From contig JAVYLZ010000012.1 in the NCBI GenBank assembly GCA_038740245.1, positions 1 to 17,473 of the forward strand: DNA of 17,473 bases, read 5' to 3'. The stretch is from Candidatus Micrarchaeia archaeon (GTDB lineage Archaea > Micrarchaeota > Micrarchaeia > CAILAH01). Below, piece after piece: positions 8,280 through 16,116 of this stretch (position 1 is its first letter; each line of letters begins with the position of its first letter). The notes under the pieces are model-generated. The model searched no databases and was not told the origin of the DNA. It saw nothing but the letters and a program-made list of their open reading frames with translations. The position numbers and the translations under genes were made by a program.

Positions 8280-9143
8280 ATGGACATTGGGGCGTTCATA
8301 AACGAGCATTACATTGAGCCGATACTCCTGCACGAGGGGTATAACCCAGTGAATACCCTCACGTACGCAATAATCGCGGTGGTGTGCGCATTCCTCATAT
8401 ACAGGTGGCTCAAAAGCGAGAAGATTGCAATTGACCGCACATTCATAATGCGCGTGCTCCCGTTCATACTGCTCGGCTCAACTGTACGCGTTGTGACGGA
8501 CAGCATTGACAGCGGCGTTATGCAGCACTATTCAGGATTTATGCGGCCTGTGTATGACATTGTGCTTGCAAGCCATATATACGATTACGGGCTGCTCACC
8601 GCAACACCAGGCATCTACGTGGTTATCGGCCTGCTCACAATTGCACTCCTGTGGATGTCGCACCGCCTAAAAAAGCCGGGCCTTGGGCCAAGCATTGCGT
8701 GGGCGCTGTTTGCAGTGCATTTCCTGCTGCTCGTGCCGCTGTTCGTGAACCTTGCGTATGCCGCTCTCATAATCGCCATTGCGGCGGCAGTTGCGGGCGC
8801 GTATTATGCAATAAAGCGCACGAGCAGTGTGCCGCTGCACTATTTCGTGGTGTTCTCACAGGCGCTTGACGGTGCGGCAACGTTCGTCACACTTGACATA
8901 TTCAACAAAATAGCAGGCAATATGTATGTTGAGCAGCATGTGTTCGCCAACTCATTATACGCGGCGTTTGGCGGCAGCATGCTCCCATTCCTTATAATAA
9001 AAACACTGCTGCCCATCGCAATAATACATTTTCTTGAGGGCGAAAAGGACAGCGATGAGCGGGGATACGTTGCACTGCTCGTGGTTATATTCGGCCTTGC
9101 ACCGGGTGTGCGCGACCTGCTCAGGCTTGCCGCGGGCACGTAG
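8280..9143 (+). CDS. DUF63 family archaeal membrane protein
   Basis: GYNPVNTLTY, PFILLGSTVRVVTD, TPGIY, QALDGAATF, YVEQHV and GLAPGVRDLLR; multiple TM helices. Confidence 0.85.
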   Translation: MDIGAFINEHYIEPILLHEGYNPVNTLTYAIIAVVCAFLIYRWLKSEKIAIDRTFIMRVLPFILLGSTVRVVTDSIDSGVMQHYSGFMRPVYDIVLASHIYDYGLLTATPGIYVVIGLLTIALLWMSHRLKKPGLGPSIAWALFAVHFLLLVPLFVNLAYAALIIAIAAAVAGAYYAIKRTSSVPLHYFVVFSQALDGAATFVTLDIFNKIAGNMYVEQHVFANSLYAAFGGSMLPFLIIKTLLPIAIIHFLEGEKDSDERGYVALLVVIFGLAPGVRDLLRLAAGT

Positions 9144-9151
9144 GTGGTTGG

Positions 9152-9904
9152 ATGCTTTACATTATCGGGACAGGTCTGTGGAGAGGTGACGACATATCGG
9201 TGCGTGGTGCTGAGATATGCAAAAAGTGTGCACATGTCTACCTGGATGAGTATACACGCGCATTTGATGAGGAAGAGCTTGGGCTTCTTGAGAGCATAAT
9301 CGGGAAACCGGTTGTAAAGTTGGGCAGACGTGAGCTTGAGGAGCGGCTCGCATTCATTGAGCAGGCAAAGGAAAGCAATGTTGCGCTGCTAATTCCCGGC
9401 GACCCGTTAGTTGCCACAACGCACATAACGATAATTGAGGCAGCCCGCAAGAAAGGCGTGCGTGTTGAGGTGGTGCACGGGAGCACCATACACACGGCAA
9501 TTGTGGGTGAGGCAGGCCTGCACATCTACAAGGTTGGCGGTGCGTGCACAATCCCGATGCGCGAGAAGGGCATCAGGCCTTACAGCACATACGATAAGAT
9601 TGCCGAGAATGTTGGGCGCGGCCTCCACACCATAGTATTCCTTGATACTGCACCTGAAAAGCAGCTTTCTGTCCGTGAGGCAATTGAGGTCATGCAGGAA
9701 ATTGAAGGTGAGCGCGGGAATGGGATATTTGCGGATACTGCAATGCTGGTTGTTGGGTGCCGGATGGGGTCCAGAGAGCAGAAGCTTCTATACTCAACAG
9801 TCGGCAAAATAAAGAATATGGAATTGCCGCCCCCCTGCACGCTGGTTGTGCCGGGCAAGCTGCACTTCAGCGAGGAGGATGCGCTGCGGCTGATACAGGA
9901 ATAG
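9152..9904 (+). CDS. dph5: Diphthine synthase
   Basis: LYIIGTGL, GDPLVATTH, GLHIYKVG, GLHTIVFLD and PGKLHFSE; SD-like AGGTGG upstream. Confidence 0.95.
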   Translation: MLYIIGTGLWRGDDISVRGAEICKKCAHVYLDEYTRAFDEEELGLLESIIGKPVVKLGRRELEERLAFIEQAKESNVALLIPGDPLVATTHITIIEAARKKGVRVEVVHGSTIHTAIVGEAGLHIYKVGGACTIPMREKGIRPYSTYDKIAENVGRGLHTIVFLDTAPEKQLSVREAIEVMQEIEGERGNGIFADTAMLVVGCRMGSREQKLLYSTVGKIKNMELPPPCTLVVPGKLHFSEEDALRLIQE

Positions 9905-9965
9905 GGCCGGCAGGCAGCAGGCGGGCATTCGTAAGGGTTAAAAGCATTGCCGGAGAACTTGTTTT

Positions 9966-10412
9966 ATGGCTGTGGAGGAAAGCGACTATACGCACCTAAT
10001 AAATGCAATACGCAACAGCAACCTTAGCGTTGAGGATAAGGTTAGGATTGCTTCACTGATTGAAAGGGTGTATACTGAATACTCCATAGCGGCAAGCGGG
10101 ATTGCAACGCTTGTAGGCCTCACTGCCGGCGAGAAAGAGAAGGCCATGCTTAGCGGCGTGCTGGAGCGTGCAGTGGCACGCGCCGAGGAGGGCAAGCCTG
10201 CACTTACGCCCGCCGACAGAAAACTGCTTGCTGAACTGCTGTCCTCACTGCGGCCTGAAAGTGCGGCCAAGATAATAAGCAGGATTGAGAACGGTGCGCC
10301 CGAATTTCTCGCAATACTGAAATCAAAGATTAGTGAAAAGCAGAATATCGCAGAGGAGGCTGGCAAGCTCGCAAAATTCTTGGACTCGCAAAACAAGAAG
10401 CAGGCCGCATGA
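9966..10412 (+). CDS. Hypothetical all-helical cytoplasmic protein
   Basis: Fills the gap between dph5 and priL, has a natural charged/helical composition, and TTAAAA at 9938-9943 sits at promoter distance. Confidence 0.75.
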   Translation: MAVEESDYTHLINAIRNSNLSVEDKVRIASLIERVYTEYSIAASGIATLVGLTAGEKEKAMLSGVLERAVARAEEGKPALTPADRKLLAELLSSLRPESAAKIISRIENGAPEFLAILKSKISEKQNIAEEAGKLAKFLDSQNKKQAA

Positions 10413-10514
10413 TTTTCAGTGGGCTTTACGGAACACCAAAGCAAGCTCAATTTTTGCTGCGTGCACACGCCTGTGAAGCGCTTGCTCTATGCGGGCTCAC
10501 AGCCCCATACCACT

Positions 10515-11444
10515 TCATTTTTGCTTTGGCTTGCGGTACTGCAGCGGGTTCTTGATGCCGCATTCCGCAACACAAATGCCCTGCGACTTCAGGTTATGGC
10601 ACGCGGGGACGTTATACCCCTTGGCACGCAAATGGTCAACCTGATAGCGGGTTACCTTCTCGTCAAAGTTGGGTGTTGCAGAAAACACCTGCACGATGCG
10701 GTCAACATCCCACCCACGCCTTAAAAGAAACACTGCGAGCGCCCACCTCGCCATATGCTTGACCTTAACACCGCTTTGCATATCCGCAAGTATCTTCTCC
10801 ATGCAGGGTGCGATATCCTGGCTCTGCCTCCCAAAGCCGGGTGTTGCAAGCGATACTTCAGAGGAGATTTCTGCAACTGCGTCTTTAAGCGCGGCCTTGA
10901 TTTCATCGCTTACCAGTGACTCGCGGATGGGCAGGCCCTCTGAAATCTTGCTCCGGATTGCCTCCTTGAGCAAAACGCCGACCTCATGCGCCGAGAGCTT
11001 AAGTCGGCCACCAGCGACAAGGCGGTTTGAAAGCATCATACCCGAGAACTGGGTGCCGTAGCGCAAATAGTCGCGCAGGGGGACGTAAAGGTCCTCACTT
11101 ATGCTTATGCCAAGCTCGCCCAGCAGCATTTTTTCGTGGCGGTTGCGCTGGCACAACTCAAGCGCGCGGATCGTCTCCGCCTCAATGAAATTGTCAATGC
11201 GGCGGTTCACAAGGCTCACAAGCACGCGTGCCACTGCATACGATTTTATGTCGCGCACCATATCCTCGCCTGAGAAATAGTTGGGGATAGGGACACGCTT
11301 GTGCTTAAGGGCGCTGAGCACGCGGGCCTTTGCGAGCGCAACAGTTGCCTCGTCAATCCCGCTGCCGAGCGCGGCCTCGCGCACCGCTTTCTTTGATGAG
11401 TCAAGAAACGGGTAGTATGCGTGCTCACGGCTGATTGCGGCCAT
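10515..11444 (-). CDS. priL: DNA primase large subunit (4Fe-4S)
   Basis: YPFL, APCM, HMARWALAVFL, PNFDEKVTRYQVDH and PACHNLKSQGICVAECGIKNPLQY. Start placed at 11444 because the track start at 11468 overlaps the TATA-like element. Confidence 0.93.
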   Translation of the reverse strand: MAAISREHAYYPFLDSSKKAVREAALGSGIDEATVALAKARVLSALKHKRVPIPNYFSGEDMVRDIKSYAVARVLVSLVNRRIDNFIEAETIRALELCQRNRHEKMLLGELGISISEDLYVPLRDYLRYGTQFSGMMLSNRLVAGGRLKLSAHEVGVLLKEAIRSKISEGLPIRESLVSDEIKAALKDAVAEISSEVSLATPGFGRQSQDIAPCMEKILADMQSGVKVKHMARWALAVFLLRRGWDVDRIVQVFSATPNFDEKVTRYQVDHLRAKGYNVPACHNLKSQGICVAECGIKNPLQYRKPKQK

Positions 11445-11497
11445 AGCGCACTTATGCCTTTGGAACATTTAATAACTTTTTACTGGAATATTCCACC
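11445..11497. promoter_or_regulatory. Divergent core promoter region priL / 700-aa gene
   Basis: TTTAATAA at 11468-11475 is about 22-23 nt from each start codon. Confidence 0.5.
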
Positions 11498-13600
11498 ATG
11501 AGAAAGCTGATACTAGTATTTATGCTTTTTGCGGCACTCGCGTGGAGCTTTGACATTAGCGGGTACATTAGCCCAAACGAAAGCATCACCAACGTAACGT
11601 ATATAGATATGGCTGGGCCGGACGGTGCATACGTCATGTACTATATGGCCGGCGAGCCGATGCTGATGGTCAGGGGTGAGCAGGTAATCACAGACAGGGA
11701 TACCGTGCGCGCCGTGCTTGAGCGCTATTATTTCACCAAGGATTTTCCGAAAACGGAAGAGCTTAAGGAGATAAGGGAAGTTGCGCTTGCGTTCAACGCA
11801 TCCCGCGAGTACCTGTATAACGACGAGAAAATAAAGGAGTTCTTCCCGCCCGAGGCATACTGCAAGCAGATAACTGGCCTGAAGTTCAAGCCGTGCAACT
11901 ACTCGCAGGATGAGGTTCACCCCTGCCTGCTTACATGCGCATCTGTGCCGCTGTGTAAAAACAGCATAGAAGGGCTGGGTGACAGCATTGGCTTCCTCAA
12001 CGGCATAATGGCTTTTGACAAGGATACAAGGAAGCTTGACTCTGACATAAACACGATTGTATCAATAACCGAGAGGCTGGAGGGGCTCACTTATGACAGG
12101 TACGGCCAAAAAGAGGCGCGCGACCTTGAGGGCCTGCTGGGCAGCATGGGGCGCGTTGAGGGCACGGTCAAGGGCATATACGGAAATTTCCTGTTCAAGG
12201 ACCTGCTTAAAACCGAAGGGTTGCAGAGCTACTGCTCGCCGCTCAACTACTCAAAGGCAGATGCACAAAAGCTGAGCTCGCTCGCGGCCAAATATTCGGC
12301 CCGCACGCAGAAGCTGCTCAACATAGACAGGGAGGTTGACTCCCTCCTGAATGAAACCGCGAGGCGGCAGGGGTTGCATGAGCTTCTTGACACGCAGAGC
12401 GAGTATGGCAAAAAATATTCGGCACTGGAAGCGCGGTACAACGACATGTACGCCAAGTATGTGAAGGCAAGCACGATGATCAACGACCCCGTCCTTGAGA
12501 ACAACATGAAGGTGCTCAAGCAGAAGAAGGACTCTGCACGTGATGATATCTACAAGGGCGACTTTGACAAGTCAGACATAACGATAAAGCAGTTCCACGT
12601 GCTCGCGGATGATTTTGAGGATGAGTTGAACGTATACTTTGAGAAAACGACACGGCTGCAGGAAGCGATGGCGCTTGCAGACAGGAAAATCATAATCGCT
12701 GAGTGGGAGATTGGCATTGCAGAGCTGCTGGATGCACAGCATCTCAGCGACATAAAGGTGCGCAAGGCCGAGCTTGACAAGCAGATAGCCGAGAAGTTCA
12801 GTAGCGCCGAGGAAGTTGAGGAGATGGCTGCCAAGTACGAGGCCCTCACAGATGAGGTAAACCAAATCATAATATCGCGGAACGAGCGCTCGCTTGACAA
12901 TGTTCTGAGCGAAACAGTGGTTTTGACAAATGCATACTCTGACACGCTCGCATCTGCATACGCATCTGCCAGCGGTGCAACTTATGAGGAGCGGAGGCAG
13001 GTGCGCGAGTATGTCTTTCCGCTCACCTTGCTTACAGGAGACCTGCTCCTGATAGGCGGGTTCATTGCAGGGTTCGTTTACCTGGTTGCATACGGCAAAA
13101 TACGGCTGCACAAGATTGCAGCGCTGCTGTGGTCATTCCTGTTCATTGCATTCTTCACGGCGATTTCCGCAGGCTCAATCGCAATGTACCTGATGATAAA
13201 CGAAAAGGCAACAAAGGCAAACTTTGACGTGTTTTACAGCGAGCTGCTCAAGTCAAACACCACTGCGGTCGTGCTTGACATGCGCAAAGGTAGCGCAAGC
13301 GACACGTGCGCACTTGAGCTTGAGCGCCTGCTGAGAGAGGACATGAACAAGAGCGTCAATTTCATAAAGTACAAGAATGACGGGTGCCAGGTGCTGCGCG
13401 GGCCTGCAAGCGACAAGAGTACACTCTCGCCAAGCGCATGCGATGCGCTGATTGAGTCCCAGCCGGCAATCATAACCGCGCACAGCGAGCAGGATTACAC
13501 CGGCTTCTCAATGAAATACTCTGTTGCGGCACTGATAACGGGCAGTGACGACTATCTCAGGCAGTGCAAGCTGGCCGTGATACTTTCAGAGGAGGTATGA
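11498..13600 (+). CDS. Uncharacterised exported membrane protein: signal peptide, Cys cluster, long helical/coiled-coil ectodomain, TM hairpin, C-terminal 4-Cys domain
   Basis: Signal peptide MRKLILVFMLFAALAWS, 8 N-x-S/T sequons, heptad-like charged region, and two hydrophobic helices separated by KIRLHK. Confidence 0.85.
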   Translation: MRKLILVFMLFAALAWSFDISGYISPNESITNVTYIDMAGPDGAYVMYYMAGEPMLMVRGEQVITDRDTVRAVLERYYFTKDFPKTEELKEIREVALAFNASREYLYNDEKIKEFFPPEAYCKQITGLKFKPCNYSQDEVHPCLLTCASVPLCKNSIEGLGDSIGFLNGIMAFDKDTRKLDSDINTIVSITERLEGLTYDRYGQKEARDLEGLLGSMGRVEGTVKGIYGNFLFKDLLKTEGLQSYCSPLNYSKADAQKLSSLAAKYSARTQKLLNIDREVDSLLNETARRQGLHELLDTQSEYGKKYSALEARYNDMYAKYVKASTMINDPVLENNMKVLKQKKDSARDDIYKGDFDKSDITIKQFHVLADDFEDELNVYFEKTTRLQEAMALADRKIIIAEWEIGIAELLDAQHLSDIKVRKAELDKQIAEKFSSAEEVEEMAAKYEALTDEVNQIIISRNERSLDNVLSETVVLTNAYSDTLASAYASASGATYEERRQVREYVFPLTLLTGDLLLIGGFIAGFVYLVAYGKIRLHKIAALLWSFLFIAFFTAISAGSIAMYLMINEKATKANFDVFYSELLKSNTTAVVLDMRKGSASDTCALELERLLREDMNKSVNFIKYKNDGCQVLRGPASDKSTLSPSACDALIESQPAIITAHSEQDYTGFSMKYSVAALITGSDDYLRQCKLAVILSEEV

Positions 13601-14127
13601 GCATGGCAAAGCGCAAGGAAAATGGCCCTGCGTGCAGCAGCTGCATAATGGGAGACTGGCGGCTTAAAATTGTAGTTGTTGGGATTATTGCGGTCGCATT
13701 GATTGCAGTGCTATACTACATATGGATTGGGGAAGTCAAGTTCAGCACACAGGAGATAAGCAACGAGGAAGGGTATGCAAAGCTCTCGGATGCAGAAACA
13801 ATATCAATAGTGATGGATGTGCGCGGCATTTCAGTGGATCATGCGCGGCAGGTATACCAGTGCGGTGTAGGGTATGCGCTGAGCCTGAGCCAGCTCGGCA
13901 AAAATGTGTCAAACTTTGCGATTGCAAACAGTGAATGCACAAGGGGCGACCTGAGTGTTGCAACGCTGCGCGAGTGCGACGGCCTCATAAAGGAATCCGA
14001 TTATGCGATAGTCCTGAAAGGGACCGATGGAATGCCAAGGGCACAGTTTTACGAGGACCATTTCCTTGTTGAAGTGAATGCAACAAGCGATACCTCGCTC
14101 TGCAAAATTGCCGCAAAACCAAAATAG
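13597..14127 (+). CDS. Uncharacterised single-TM protein, paralogous to the C-terminal domain of the upstream gene
   Basis: GGAGG SD at 13591; ATG 13597 overlaps the upstream stop as ATGA (alternative ATG 13603). Basic N-tail with CSSC, then a TM helix and a 4-Cys domain. Confidence 0.8.
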   Translation: MSMAKRKENGPACSSCIMGDWRLKIVVVGIIAVALIAVLYYIWIGEVKFSTQEISNEEGYAKLSDAETISIVMDVRGISVDHARQVYQCGVGYALSLSQLGKNVSNFAIANSECTRGDLSVATLRECDGLIKESDYAIVLKGTDGMPRAQFYEDHFLVEVNATSDTSLCKIAAKPK

Positions 14128-14135
14128 CCCGCCAA

Positions 14136-15356
14136 CTAATACCTTAGTATGGCACCTATGCCAAGGAACCCGCGGAGGAACTGCGCGCCCTCGTGCGTGT
14201 CCGCGGATATGAATTCTATTTTTGCGCCCGTTGACTCTGCAAGGTTCTCAAGCTCCTCAATAACGTCGGATTTCTCAACAACCGTGCCCACACCGCCGCA
14301 CTTGCACGCCACCTTATCTGGGATTTCATCGCCGACCACAAGCTTCTCGCCCGTTTCACCGCATTTGGTGCACGTATACTTCAGCTTCGTTATCTTTATC
14401 TCCTCGGAAACAAGCAGCGTGTCAACCCTGCCCTCCTGCATTGCAGCATACACCTCATTCACGCCGTAAGTGGCAAGCACGCCCTTTGAAACCTTCTCAA
14501 GGAACTGGTTGACAATCCTGCGCTCGCGTGCGGCCTCGTGCTCCTGTATAATCTCATCAACCTTCCCAACCATCTCCTGTATGCCGTAATCGTCTGCATA
14601 CCCAGTGTCAACCTTGCCAAGCACCTTTATCTGGTAATTGAAGTAGCCGCCCTCAAGGAAATACTCCTTTATCGGGCCAGGCCCGCCCACAATCACGCCT
14701 TTCAGGTTGGGAATGCTCAGGAATATCTGGTCCATCGCCTCGCCAACCTTCTTGTAATAATCCTCCTTGCCGTGCTCCACAAGGCGCTGGTAGCGCATTG
14801 CACTCTGCCCGCCCTTCGTGGTCTTTGAGGCGGCCTGCGACTCTATTCTCCGCAGTATGCGGTAGTTCTTGCCCTCAAGCACTGCGATTGTTGCATCGCT
14901 GCCGTCAATCGCCAGCAGGCCGTACACCTCCTTGGGCTTTGTGAACACCAGCAATGGCTCAAGGTAAAACACAGAATCGCAGCGGTAAAGCTGGACGTTG
15001 ATTGGGTCGGGCGGGATTATGTAATACGTCTTTATGTCGCTTTCGCCGGGGTTTTTTGACACGTTGCCAACGAATATCGCAATGCCGGTCTCGGGCGGCT
15101 CGTTGAAATGCTTGAGGAAGTTCAGGATGCGCTCAAGCGCGCCCAGCACATTGTTCCTTGTCTGCTTGGACTTGATGTTGCTCGCCTGGCTGTACTCGGC
15201 GCGGAGCTTGGCCGCAATATCCCCTATGGGGTATTTTGGGGGTATGTACACGCTTATGAGCTCGGTGCCAGAGCCCCTAATCTTAGATAGCTCTGCAATG
15301 TAGCGCTTTATCTCGCGCCTGCTCCTGTCAAGCTTTGCATCATCCTTGCTGCTCAT
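14136..15356 (-). CDS. prf1: Peptide chain release factor aRF1
   Basis: GSGTELISVYIPP, ASNIKS, YRCDSVF, KGGQSAMRY, C-terminal Zn ribbon CTKC...CKCG and GIGAILRY. Confidence 0.97.
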   Translation of the reverse strand: MSSKDDAKLDRSRREIKRYIAELSKIRGSGTELISVYIPPKYPIGDIAAKLRAEYSQASNIKSKQTRNNVLGALERILNFLKHFNEPPETGIAIFVGNVSKNPGESDIKTYYIIPPDPINVQLYRCDSVFYLEPLLVFTKPKEVYGLLAIDGSDATIAVLEGKNYRILRRIESQAASKTTKGGQSAMRYQRLVEHGKEDYYKKVGEAMDQIFLSIPNLKGVIVGGPGPIKEYFLEGGYFNYQIKVLGKVDTGYADDYGIQEMVGKVDEIIQEHEAARERRIVNQFLEKVSKGVLATYGVNEVYAAMQEGRVDTLLVSEEIKITKLKYTCTKCGETGEKLVVGDEIPDKVACKCGGVGTVVEKSDVIEELENLAESTGAKIEFISADTHEGAQFLRGFLGIGAILRY

Positions 15357-15380
15357 TGAACACCACTATTTTCTTATTCG

Positions 15381-15408
15381 GCACGGGCGCCTACGGCACT
15401 GCCCGTGC
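15381..15408. other. GC-rich stem-loop between translin and aRF1 genes
   Basis: Perfect inverted repeat gcacgggc (15381-15388) / gcccgtgc (15401-15408) enclosing gcc-tac-ggc and a 3-nt bulge. Confidence 0.6.
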
Positions 15409-15415
15409 AAGTGTG

Positions 15416-16060
15416 CTACAGCCCCTTTGAGATTTTGTACATAAGGATATCACGGCGGCACTGCTCAACCATTGAGCGCGCCACGTCAAGCTTCCTCCTC
15501 AGGCCCGGCACTATTGAGTTTGATATGCGCACGGGCAGAAGGAGCTCGTACAGGCCTTCCATAAGCCCAAACAGGCGCACCGCGGTTGCATAATCGTCCT
15601 TGCGCATCTTCTCTATTATCTCGCGCCTGAGCTCGCCCAGCACGTCAGCAAGCCCCAATATGTACGGTGCGCTCGGCACGCCAAGCTGCTCACGTGTGGG
15701 TACGGGGCCTCCACGCATAACGGCCAAAAGCACGCTCGTCTCAACATACTCCTGCAGCGCAACGTCTGCATTTGCACCTGCCTGCGCGCAATCCTCAAGC
15801 GCCCCCTCCAGCTCTGTGCGCACCTCGCTGAGCATGCGCTCGGCATCGCCTGCCCTCCCCGCATGTATAAGCTGCATTGCCTTGCCGCACTTTGCAACTA
15901 CTGCCTCCATTTTTTCACGTGACTGGCGGTAGGCCGCTTCCTGGCGCTCAAGCTCGGCTACAGCAGTACCAATCTCAGCCTCAAGCGCAGCATAATCGCT
16001 GCCTAACATGCCGCCCTGTGGTGGGCTGCTGCCGCCACTGTTTCCTATGCTGGCTGTCAT
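15416..16060 (-). CDS. Translin/TRAX family RNA-binding protein (archaeal C3PO-like)
   Basis: QEYVE, YILGLADVLGELRR and LRRKLDVAR. Start at 16060 fits the TATA spacing; 16009 is the alternative. Confidence 0.9.
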   Translation of the reverse strand: MTASIGNSGGSSPPQGGMLGSDYAALEAEIGTAVAELERQEAAYRQSREKMEAVVAKCGKAMQLIHAGRAGDAERMLSEVRTELEGALEDCAQAGANADVALQEYVETSVLLAVMRGGPVPTREQLGVPSAPYILGLADVLGELRREIIEKMRKDDYATAVRLFGLMEGLYELLLPVRISNSIVPGLRRKLDVARSMVEQCRRDILMYKISKGL

Positions 16061-16116
16061 ATTGACGTGAATTAGGCACGCAAAGGTTTAAATTAAAATA
16101 TATTGATATAGGGTGC
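16061..16116. promoter_or_regulatory. Divergent core promoter region translin / 413-aa gene
   Basis: Palindromic TTTAAA at 16087-16092 is 24-26 nt from both start codons. Confidence 0.55.

Noticed and set aside
10419..10724. 101-aa plus-strand ORF, and a minus-strand ATG-GGG-CTG-TGA frame after priL as possible readthrough
   Set aside because: The first mostly overlaps priL antisense. The second has no recognisable product or recoding signal, and TGA is an ordinary stop throughout the window.
11445..11468. Extended priL N-terminus MFQRHKCA
   Set aside because: The ATG overlaps the TATA-like element; 11444 fits promoter spacing better.
13564..13596. GTG start for the 187-aa ORF
   Set aside because: It lies inside the upstream gene; the SD and ATGA overlap favour 13597 or 13603.
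14136..15356. Altered genetic code or variant release factor
   Set aside because: NIKS, YxCxxxF and GGQ are canonical, and TAA, TAG and TGA all terminate full-length genes here.
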